From Planctomycetota bacterium (lineage in GTDB: Bacteria; Planctomycetota; UBA11346), in NCBI GenBank assembly GCA_013816485.1, contig JACDEI010000002.1, forward strand, positions 34,322-98,321: a DNA stretch of 64,000 bases, given 5' to 3'. The notes beneath the pieces were generated by a model. That model did no database searches and was not told where the DNA came from. It saw only the letters and a program-made list of their open reading frames with translations. The position numbers were made by a program, and so were the translations under genes. Of this stretch, positions 18,663-28,650 are shown in pieces; positions within the stretch are counted from its first letter, which is position 1; each line of letters begins with the position of its first letter.

Positions 18663-20042
18663 ATGGACAGGCGGGCAGTGCTGGGATACTCCCCGGCCCG
18701 CACGCCCAGGACCTCGCCCGTGTCGATCTTGCCTCCACTTGAAGTTTCGCGCCGCTCACCGCTGTGGCCGGCCGTGCTCGTCACCATCCTCACCGGGATG
18801 GGATTCGCCGGGCTTAAATTCGTCCTGATTGGTGAGATCGCCTTGGGATTTGATCCCGCTCATCCACCGATCATGCCGTTCAAGTGGTTGGATGACGTGC
18901 TGCACAGCGCCATCGCCAAAGGGACGTTGAAAGAGGCCATTACGCAGGGATTGGCCGCCGTTCTCACACTGGGGGTGTTGATCGGCTATCTGGTGAACGC
19001 ACCGCTGGCCGGAGCCTGGCGAGTGGCGTGGTTGTTTGTCTTATCGTCCGCCGGCGTCGGCCTCGGTGCCTTGTTGACGCTGTGGTTCAATCCGTGGCTG
19101 ACGTCGTTGTTTGTTGGGCTTGCCTATGGCACGGCCTGTGCCGCACGCGGCAAAGTGGTGCCGCTCATCGCGGCTGCGAGCGGTCGTTCCAACACTCTGG
19201 TGATGGGCGTCATCAACGCATCCCTGGTCATCAGCCTTTTGGCCGGAACGGTCATGGGCACACTCCTCAATGAGAAGATCGACAGCGCGACAACGCGCCA
19301 TGTGGCACTCTTTCTGTTCGCTGTCCTGGCGACCGTGGTTGGGTTAAAAGTTAATCCGCCGGAAGGTCCAGCCATTCCGTTCGCGGTGGGCATGCGCGAT
19401 CTGGTGATGGGCACTGCCGTGATGGTGCGCGACCGTTGGGCGCTGATCGTGGGCGGTGGCTTGGCCTGGGGCATCGCATCTGCCGCGGTACTGGCGGCCT
19501 TCATCGATGCGATCGAACGCCTTAACATGAAACCGGAACATGCGGTCATTCTGGTTATTTTCCCGGCTATTGGCGCTATTATCGGCAACCTCGCTTCCTA
19601 CCGCATGGATCGCAACGTGCATGTGGTCGTTGCCTACGTTGCCCTTGGCGCGCTGATTGCCGGGTACCAGATCCTGGTCCAAGGCTTTCTCTCAGGTGCT
19701 TTTTCGTTGGTGTTCTTGGGCGCTCTGTTCGCCGCGCCCACCAACGTGTTGGATGCGAAGTTGATGGCGTTTGCCGCGGCACAGGGCAATCCAGGACGTG
19801 GCTCGACCGTGATGAGTCTGGTGCACAACTTCTTCATTCTGGTCATCGGAAGTGGTTTGGCGATTGCACTCTTTCTGGGGTGGATGCGCCCGGTGGACCA
19901 GTTCTATTCCTTGGCCGGGGTCGCCATCATCACCGCCATCGTCACGATCTGGGCGCACCTGGATGACGCCGACCCATCGGTCAAGCCATTCGAGGGGTCC
20001 GAGGAAATGGGGAAGTCCGAGAAGGCCGCTGCCCAGATGTAA
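18663..20042 (+). CDS. Polytopic membrane protein, possibly an MFS-type transporter
   Basis: About 12 predicted hydrophobic helices. It lies 48 nt downstream of the RR-PP2C gene on the same strand. Exact start is uncertain. Confidence 0.45.
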   Translation: MDRRAVLGYSPARTPRTSPVSILPPLEVSRRSPLWPAVLVTILTGMGFAGLKFVLIGEIALGFDPAHPPIMPFKWLDDVLHSAIAKGTLKEAITQGLAAVLTLGVLIGYLVNAPLAGAWRVAWLFVLSSAGVGLGALLTLWFNPWLTSLFVGLAYGTACAARGKVVPLIAAASGRSNTLVMGVINASLVISLLAGTVMGTLLNEKIDSATTRHVALFLFAVLATVVGLKVNPPEGPAIPFAVGMRDLVMGTAVMVRDRWALIVGGGLAWGIASAAVLAAFIDAIERLNMKPEHAVILVIFPAIGAIIGNLASYRMDRNVHVVVAYVALGALIAGYQILVQGFLSGAFSLVFLGALFAAPTNVLDAKLMAFAAAQGNPGRGSTVMSLVHNFFILVIGSGLAIALFLGWMRPVDQFYSLAGVAIITAIVTIWAHLDDADPSVKPFEGSEEMGKSEKAAAQM

Positions 20043-20208
20043 GAAGCTGTCTTGTAAGACCGAAATTCACATGGAGGACCGGAGAACCGGAGAGAGGCGA
20101 GAAACGAAGTGTCGGTGAACATCCGAGGTTCCGCAGCTCTGTCTTCCTCCGGTCCTCCGGTCCTCCATGTCCGCCTTGCCTTTCAAGACAGCTTCTAAGG
20201 CGGAGGTT

Positions 20209-20781
20209 TCAGTCGGTGGCTGCCAGCTCGGCGTATTCCGCCGGCAGGGTCACCGACACCGACGTCCCCAGCAGTTCCAGATTCACCACCAGTTCAAATT
20301 CGTGGCTGCGTCGGGCGATCACGCCGTTGCAGCCGGCGAAGGTGCCGCTGGTAATGGCGATGCGTTTGCCCGGCACCAGTTCGGGTCGTACCACCAGCGG
20401 AGTGGTGCTGGCGGTGACTAGGGTGATGAGGTGGCGCAGGTCGGCGGTGAGTTCCTGCGGTCTAGGTACATCGATGATGCGCACGACGCGGCGGGTGTCG
20501 TAGATCGCCTGGTATTCAGCGCGCCCACCCGCGACGAAGAGGTAGCCGGCGATGAGCGGCACCAGGCTCTCCTGCGTGCCTTTGCCTGGGTAATGCCGCA
20601 GGCGCCGCTCGAAGAACGCGAGGCCGGGAAGATTGCGCGCGCGCAGCGCGGCGATGACCTGTTTTTCCTGGCGTGGATAGGCATGCACCACCAGCCAGTG
20701 GTCCTGCGGCAAGGCGGCGCTGAAGCCCGCCGGCCAATCCTGCACCACCCCGATGGAGGTCACCTTCACCTGCTGGGCCAC
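20209..20781 (-). CDS. NusG-paralog transcription antiterminator (UpxY/RfaH/LoaP-like: NGN + KOW)
   Basis: NGN-like region HWLVVHAYPRQEKQVIAALRARNLPGLAFFE...PLIAGYLFV. KOW motif GKRIAITSGTFAGCNGVIARR. Confidence 0.6.
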   Translation of the reverse strand: MAQQVKVTSIGVVQDWPAGFSAALPQDHWLVVHAYPRQEKQVIAALRARNLPGLAFFERRLRHYPGKGTQESLVPLIAGYLFVAGGRAEYQAIYDTRRVVRIIDVPRPQELTADLRHLITLVTASTTPLVVRPELVPGKRIAITSGTFAGCNGVIARRSHEFELVVNLELLGTSVSVTLPAEYAELAATD

Positions 20782-20915
20782 ATCGCCTCCACGTCCACCG
20801 TGACGCTGCCATCACCTGCCATCGGCTCAAGCAGCGAGCCGCCGTCGCGGGCACGTGCGGACTTGCGACAGCGCAGCGCGATCGATAACCACGCGCCCCG
20901 CCGTCTGGAGGATTC

Positions 20916-21881
20916 ATGCTGCATCAGCTCACCGTGCCTGCGCAGGCCGCCGGCCAACGGTTGGACGTGTGGCTGGAATCCGTGCTCGACGGTTGCACCC
21001 GCAGCCTGATCAGCCGCTTGATCAAGGACGGTCGTTGCGTGGTCGAGCCCGGGGTGTCCAAGGCAGGTCATTTCCTCAAGGGCGGTGAACGGGTGGCTTT
21101 GGAAGTCCCCGAGATCGAGCCGATGGAGGCGCTGCCGGAAAACATCCCGCTGACCATTCTGCACGAAGACCGGCATCTGATCGCCATCGACAAACCACCG
21201 CGCATGGTGGTGCACCCGGCGATCGGTCATCAGCGTGGAACACTGGTGAACGCAGTCCTCGGCCGTTATGGCAGCGTGTTGCCAAACCCCGACGGCAGTG
21301 ATGGCGCTTGGCGCCCAGGCATCGTCCATCGGCTCGATCAGGATACGAGCGGCGTGATCCTGGTCGCACGCACCACGGCGGCGTTGACCTTTCTGCAGGA
21401 CGCCTTCAAGGCGCGCGAGGTGAACAAGCGCTACCTGGCGTTGGTCGCGGGCAAACCGCGGGCGGATTTCATGGAGCACGCCGGGTGGCTGGGGCGGCAC
21501 CCACGCGATTTCCGCAAACGTGCGGTGCTGCCAGACGGCAGCGCCGACGCGAAGGAAGCCTACACCAGCGTGGTCGTGCTTGAGCGACGTACGGGTTACA
21601 GCGTGGTCGAAGCCAGACCCAAGACCGGGCGTACGCACCAGGTGCGCGTCCATCTGGCGGCGCTTGGCCATGCGGTGCTGGCCGATCCGACTTACGGTCG
21701 CAGCGCCACGTGGCCGCTGGTGCCGGTGGAAGGGCAGCCAGCACTCCGCCGGCATGCGCTGCATGCGTGGACGCTCGATGTGCCGCATCCCGATGGTGGA
21801 CGGCTGAAGCTCCAGGCACCGCTGCCGGTGGATTTCGTGCCGTGGGTCAGCGCCGGGTTGTCGCCACGTGCGGTGCGCTGA
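20916..21881 (+). CDS. RluA-family 23S rRNA pseudouridine synthase (RluD/RluC-like, with S4 domain)
   Basis: S4-like N-terminus (RLDVWL). Catalytic motif HRLDQDTSGVILVA. 321 aa. Confidence 0.85.
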   Translation: MLHQLTVPAQAAGQRLDVWLESVLDGCTRSLISRLIKDGRCVVEPGVSKAGHFLKGGERVALEVPEIEPMEALPENIPLTILHEDRHLIAIDKPPRMVVHPAIGHQRGTLVNAVLGRYGSVLPNPDGSDGAWRPGIVHRLDQDTSGVILVARTTAALTFLQDAFKAREVNKRYLALVAGKPRADFMEHAGWLGRHPRDFRKRAVLPDGSADAKEAYTSVVVLERRTGYSVVEARPKTGRTHQVRVHLAALGHAVLADPTYGRSATWPLVPVEGQPALRRHALHAWTLDVPHPDGGRLKLQAPLPVDFVPWVSAGLSPRAVR

Positions 21882-21893
21882 CACGCGGGCAGA

Positions 21894-22919
21894 TCACGGG
21901 ACCGTGGCGGGTGCCGGGGCCGGCGTTTTGCCGTCGTTGGCGAGCGTCGCCGCCAGTTTCTTGACCGACTGGTAATACGCTAGCGTGGTAGCCAGATCCG
22001 CGCGTTCGGTCTTGCTCTTGGCGATCGCCCGCTCCTGCCACGCGATCGCCTGATCCATCAGTCCCAGGCAGGCGAACAGGCGCGCCTTGGTGTCGAAGAA
22101 TCCTGGATGGTCGGGTTCGAGCGTCAGCGCGTGATTGACCAGGGTCATGGCCACGTCGAGGTGGCGGTTGGCCAGTTCGGGATCGGTCGCGCGCGCGAAC
22201 GCCAGGCTATTGGCAAATTCGGCCGGCAGTTCCTTGAGTGGCAGGCGAGTGAGGGTCTCGCGGATCAGTTGCGGATCCTCCTCGTATTTGCCGATCGCCA
22301 GACGCACGGAAATGGCCTGCGTATTCACCGCATCGAGCGCGAGGAGCTCGTCGATCTTCTTGAGCGCCTGCGCGATGTCAGGAGCACGGCCTTGGAGCAG
22401 GCGTTGGAGTTCGCTTTCGGCCGTGGCGATCGCGCCGGCCTTCTTCGCGTCGAAGGTGCCGCTGACCACCTGGGCGAGGACGGCGTCCATCGACGAAGGA
22501 TGGCCGCGCCAGACCACCATGCCGCCGGCATCGACCACGAACGCGTGCGGGATGCCATCGATCCCTTCCATGTATGATCCGTACGTCATCACATCGGCGA
22601 TGCCGACATGGTAATCCATCTTGGCGCCCATCTCGGCGATGAACGGTTTGACGGTGTCGGCGTCCTCGTTGCTGATGCCGACGATGCGGACCTTGTCCTG
22701 ATACTTCTTCTGCAGTTCGCTCAGGTGCGGGATGCTGGTGCGGCACGGGCCACACCAGGTGGCCCAGAATTCCACCACCGTGATGGCGGTCCCGGTCTCG
22801 ACCGCCGCGCCCTTCATCCAGGTGACCTTGGCCAGCGAGGGGGCCTTCTGACCGACCTCCAGGGCGACAGCCTGACCCAGCACGACGAACAGCAGGGCAA
22901 GGATGGTGAACGGGCGCAT
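21894..22919 (-). CDS. Thioredoxin-like thiol:disulfide oxidoreductase (TlpA/ResA-like) with a C-terminal helical/TPR-like domain
   Basis: Signal peptide MRPFTILALLFVVLGQAVA. Active-site motif WATWCGPC. Start at the ATG ending 22919; the ORF-track extension is spurious. Confidence 0.7.
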   Translation of the reverse strand: MRPFTILALLFVVLGQAVALEVGQKAPSLAKVTWMKGAAVETGTAITVVEFWATWCGPCRTSIPHLSELQKKYQDKVRIVGISNEDADTVKPFIAEMGAKMDYHVGIADVMTYGSYMEGIDGIPHAFVVDAGGMVVWRGHPSSMDAVLAQVVSGTFDAKKAGAIATAESELQRLLQGRAPDIAQALKKIDELLALDAVNTQAISVRLAIGKYEEDPQLIRETLTRLPLKELPAEFANSLAFARATDPELANRHLDVAMTLVNHALTLEPDHPGFFDTKARLFACLGLMDQAIAWQERAIAKSKTERADLATTLAYYQSVKKLAATLANDGKTPAPAPATVP

Positions 22920-23104
22920 GGCAGGCTCCTGAAGCTGGATGGAGAAAGCTGGATGGAGAACCCGTCGGGACCATTTCCCGGCAGATGTCGGTTTCGGTCT
23001 ACGTCTGGAAAATCCCCGCGACAAGGCGAATCGCAGAGGGTCAAACGTCCTGTGGCAGGCGGGTGCCGGCTTTATCCGGCGAAGGTTCTGCGCACGATGC
23101 GGCC

Positions 23105-23764
23105 ATGCGCGTGGTCCTTGGCATCGGCAATCCCGGCTCGGCCTACGAGCGTACGCGGCACAACTGCGGATTCTTGGTGCTCAACGAACTGGCCCGCCGG
23201 CATCGCTTGGCGGGTTGGAGCAAACGCTGGAGCGCCCTGGTCTGCGACTGGCACGTCTCTGAGTCCCTGGGCAACGGTCGCGCGCTGTTGGTGAAGCCGC
23301 AGACCTTCGTCAATCTAAGCGGCGAAAGCGCGCAGGCGGTCCTGGCCTTCCATAAACTGGCCGCGAGCGAGATGCTGGTGGTGGTCGACGACATCAATCT
23401 GCCGCTCGGTCATCTGCGTCTGCGGCCTGATGGTTCGGCCGGTGGGCACAACGGCTTGAAGGATATCGAGGCGCGCCTCGGCAAAACCTATCCGCGCCTG
23501 CGCGTGGGCATCGGACGACCGGCCAACGATCAGGTAGATCACGTGCTTGGTGCATTCACCGAAGCGGAGCGCGAGGACCTCTCCGCCATGATCGCCAAGG
23601 CCGCCGATTGCGTCGAAGGATGGCTGCGTGACGGCGTCAGTGTGGCCTGTCGTTTCAATGGACCATCCCGGCCACCGGCAGCGCCACCAGCGGCAAAGCC
23701 ACCAGCGGCAGCGCCAGGCACTGGTACGATCCCGAGAACACCGAGCGCCGACCCCAGGACATGA
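23105..23764 (+). CDS. pth: Peptidyl-tRNA hydrolase
   Basis: MRVVLGIGNPG...HNCGF...GHNGLKDI signature. Pro/Ala-rich C-terminal tail. Confidence 0.9.
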   Translation: MRVVLGIGNPGSAYERTRHNCGFLVLNELARRHRLAGWSKRWSALVCDWHVSESLGNGRALLVKPQTFVNLSGESAQAVLAFHKLAASEMLVVVDDINLPLGHLRLRPDGSAGGHNGLKDIEARLGKTYPRLRVGIGRPANDQVDHVLGAFTEAEREDLSAMIAKAADCVEGWLRDGVSVACRFNGPSRPPAAPPAAKPPAAAPGTGTIPRTPSADPRT

Positions 23765-23860
23765 CGCACCCCCGCCGAATGGCGAGGGTGTGTTGCTGAG
23801 CGGAGGGGAGCGACGCGGATTGCCCCAGCGACACTCCGATCACGACTTGCTGGGTTCTGC

Positions 23861-24043
23861 TTACTTAGGCGCGACCTTCTTACCCTTGCCCTTGCTCGCG
23901 AGGCTGCGGTTGTGCTTGGCCTTGCCGTTCGCACGGCGGCGCTGGCGGTTGAGAATGATACGACCGGCCTTGGTCTTCATGCGACGGCGGAAACCGTTCA
24001 TCTTGCGGCGCTTGGTCGAACTATTGCGGATCTTCAGGTGCAT
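23861..24043 (-). CDS. rpmH: 50S ribosomal protein L34 with a Lys-rich C-terminal extension
   Basis: MHLKIRNSSTKRRKMNGFRRRMKTKAGRIILNRQRRRANGKAK aligns with L34 (MKRTFQPS..KRKRTHGFRARMATKNGR). An extra ~15 aa (SLASKGKGKKVAPK) follows. No rnpA downstream. Confidence 0.75.
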   Translation of the reverse strand: MHLKIRNSSTKRRKMNGFRRRMKTKAGRIILNRQRRRANGKAKHNRSLASKGKGKKVAPK

Positions 24044-24124
24044 AAACGGCTCCGTTGGAAGGGCGGGGAGAATGGCGCGGAGGTCACCCAAGTCAAGCTG
24101 CGCGCAGCGGATCCTGCCGGGCTT

Positions 24125-24946
24125 TCAGCGTTGGCAGCGACGGCACCAGGTGGTGCCGCGTCCACCGACCACGGCACCGGTCAAGCACGTGCCGCAGACC
24201 GCACAGGGTTGGCCCGCGCGATCGTAGACCTGGAAGTGGTGCTGGAAGTAACCGCCATCGCCGCCCGCTTGGCGGAAATCGCTGATGGTCGAGCCGCCGG
24301 CGGCGATCGCCTCGGCTAGTACGGTACGGATGTGTCCAACCAGCACGATCGCCTCCGCACGTTTCATCCGACCCGCGGCACGGGTCGGACGGATGCCGGC
24401 GCGAAACAGCGCCTCCTGGGCATAGATGTTGCCCACGCCGACCACCACCTGCTGATCCATGATCACCGGTTTGAGCGCCTGTCGGCGTCCGCGACAACTC
24501 GCCAGCAGGTGGTCAACGGTGAAGCCCGTTTCGTCGAGCGGTTCCGGCCCCAGATCCTTCAGCCGCGGGTGGCTCGCTTCGCTGCCGGGTTGCACCAAAT
24601 CGAGCAGGCCGAAACGGCGGGGATCGCGAAACGCCAAGCGGCGTCCATCAGCCAAGTGCAGGTAACAATGATCGTGTGAGCGTTCATCACCCGGTGGGGC
24701 TAGACGCCAGGTACCGGTCATCCCCAGGTGACTGAGCAAGATGCCCTGCGTGGTGTCGAAGAGCAGGTACTTCGCACGGCGGCGGATGCCGGTGATGGTC
24801 GCTCCGCGCAAGGTCTGCGGCAGTTCACGTGGGATCGGCGCGCGCAGATCACCACGTTGCAACACCAGTTCACGGATCACCACTCCTTGCCCGAGCAGCA
24901 GTTCCAGACCGGCGCGGACGGTTTCGACTTCCGGCAGTTCGGGCAT
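24125..24946 (-). CDS. mutM: Formamidopyrimidine-DNA glycosylase
   Basis: N-terminal catalytic PELPEVE. C-terminal zinc finger CxxC...CxxC. 273 aa. Confidence 0.9.
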   Translation of the reverse strand: MPELPEVETVRAGLELLLGQGVVIRELVLQRGDLRAPIPRELPQTLRGATITGIRRRAKYLLFDTTQGILLSHLGMTGTWRLAPPGDERSHDHCYLHLADGRRLAFRDPRRFGLLDLVQPGSEASHPRLKDLGPEPLDETGFTVDHLLASCRGRRQALKPVIMDQQVVVGVGNIYAQEALFRAGIRPTRAAGRMKRAEAIVLVGHIRTVLAEAIAAGGSTISDFRQAGGDGGYFQHHFQVYDRAGQPCAVCGTCLTGAVVGGRGTTWCRRCQR

Positions 24947-25041
24947 AGGACGCCACCCGTGCCGTCGCGCTTGCTCCCCGTCAAGGGCTGATGGTTACCG
25001 GCCCTGTACCAGGGACGACATCGTCAGCCCCGCGGGGGATC

Positions 25042-26376
25042 ATGTGGAAGCCCCTGGTCCTTGCGTGCGCTCTGCTTACCGTCACCGCCATGCCGCTGCA
25101 CCTTGCAGGACGTTCTGCCGCCGTCGCTGGTCGTCACCTGACCATCACGCGGGGGAAACCGTTCGTCATCCGTACCAAGACCACCAACCACTCGGGTGAG
25201 GTGCAGGTGGTGTTCAGCGAGGGCAGCTACCGCCTCGACAACCGTTCGCACATGCGCTGTCGCATCAATGGCACCGAGCAGCATCAGGCGATCCTGGCGG
25301 ACGGCGACCTGCTGGAGATCGGCAAGGACCAGTTCGCGGTCACCATCGAACCCGACACCCGCTCGATCACCCAGACGCCAGCGGACGACCAGGACGCCAG
25401 CGACACCCAATCATTGTCGCCGGTCACGCTCGATGAGCACCCGCCGACCGCGTTGGAGGTGCCGGTGGTGTGCGCGGTGTGCGATGCGCGCATCCCCAGC
25501 GGTTCCCGCGGCAGTGGTTCGTGGAGCGATGGCGAGCGACACATCTGCGCCCGCTGTCTGGCCAAGGGCGTCAAACCCGACCATCTGCCCCGTCCGTTCG
25601 CCGTGACCTCGCCATCGGCGATCACGCCGATGGCCGGCTCACCGGTGCTGTCGGACGATGTCGCCGCAGCGGTGGTCGTGGATGCACGTACCGCATCGCC
25701 AGCGCAGATGCTCGCCGGTGTCCCCGATCCGGCCTCCGACTCCACCGCCGAGATCAAGTCGCCCGCGGCGGCTTCCGAACCCGCACCAGCAAGCACCGAG
25801 TCAGACCGTCAGCGGCAATCCCGGCGCATCAGCGCATCGCGCTTGTCGGCGGTCGAACCGGCCCAGCGCGAAGGTCTGTTCAGCAAGGTCGGCAAGGTCT
25901 TCGGTCGTCGTGATGAACGGCATCAACGCCTCGCCAATCTCGAAGCCGACCGCGCGGCGCTACTCGCTGAGGCTGGTCGTCATGCGCTCGGCCATGGCGG
26001 CAGCCTTGGTCTGCCGGAGAAGACCGTCGCTGCGCTGCTGGCCGGTGGCACGGTCACGGTCGCCAGCAACGACCTCTCGCAGGCCGACCTGGAGCGCTGG
26101 CGCGCCCAACGTCAGCGCATGGTGCTGCTCGATGCGGAGATCGCCGCGCTGCGCAAGGCGCTGGGACTGGGATCCGATCCACAGATGCACCAGCAGTCCT
26201 CGCCGACCCTGCGCCCCGATCAGAAGGCCATGCAGGATCGGGCCTTCGCTACTTTGGATGGCCTGTCGACCGATGAGCTCGCACGCCCGGAAGCGAAAGC
26301 GCCGGAAGGAGCGATCGTGGTCAAGACCGGTGTATCCGGCCGGCAGCGTCCGACGCCGGCACGCCGTCGCCGCTGA
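25042..26376 (+). CDS. FHA-domain protein with signal peptide/TM, a Cys4 zinc-ribbon-like motif and a long disordered C-terminal region
   Basis: FHA-like core YRLDNRSHMRCRINGTEQHQAILADGDLLEIGKDQFAV. Zinc-ribbon-like CAVCDARIP...HICARCL. Likely start MWKPLVLACALL at 25042. Confidence 0.55.
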   Translation: MWKPLVLACALLTVTAMPLHLAGRSAAVAGRHLTITRGKPFVIRTKTTNHSGEVQVVFSEGSYRLDNRSHMRCRINGTEQHQAILADGDLLEIGKDQFAVTIEPDTRSITQTPADDQDASDTQSLSPVTLDEHPPTALEVPVVCAVCDARIPSGSRGSGSWSDGERHICARCLAKGVKPDHLPRPFAVTSPSAITPMAGSPVLSDDVAAAVVVDARTASPAQMLAGVPDPASDSTAEIKSPAAASEPAPASTESDRQRQSRRISASRLSAVEPAQREGLFSKVGKVFGRRDERHQRLANLEADRAALLAEAGRHALGHGGSLGLPEKTVAALLAGGTVTVASNDLSQADLERWRAQRQRMVLLDAEIAALRKALGLGSDPQMHQQSSPTLRPDQKAMQDRAFATLDGLSTDELARPEAKAPEGAIVVKTGVSGRQRPTPARRRR

Positions 26377-26577
26377 GGCCGCTGGGCCGCTTGGCTGCTT
26401 GGCCAACCGAGGTCATACCGCGTAGAGACCTGCCCGACCCACGTAGCTCACGGCGCCAGCGTGTGGTAACCTAGCGAATCGTCGGGAAAGATCGCTAGTA
26501 GCTTCCCCGTCCAAACCTAAGACGACGCCCACAAGTCATCGGCGCCCGCCGGCCGAAGCCTGCTGCAAGGACCACCC

Positions 26578-28575
<1,998 letters not shown>

Positions 28576-28597
28576 TCGCCTCGGTGTTGGTTATCAC

Positions 28598-28637
28598 AAC
28601 GCGAACAACCCTGCCGGATGGCAGGGCTGTTCGCGTT
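28598..28637. terminator. Inverted repeat (about 18-bp stem) between convergent ftsH and the LplT-Aas gene; putative bidirectional terminator
   Basis: aacgcgaacaaccctgcc-ggat-ggcagggctgttcgcgtt (one mismatch). No clear U-tract. Confidence 0.45.
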
Positions 28638-28650
28638 GCTCGACGACCAA

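Noticed and set aside
18663-20042. Considered calling this membrane protein a second LplT
   Set aside because: The only basis is a general MFS-like topology. I see no diagnostic motif, so it is kept as a generic putative transporter.
23765-23860. Possible terminator between convergent pth and rpmH
   Set aside because: Only weak, imperfect pairing and no U-tract, so it is not reported as a feature.
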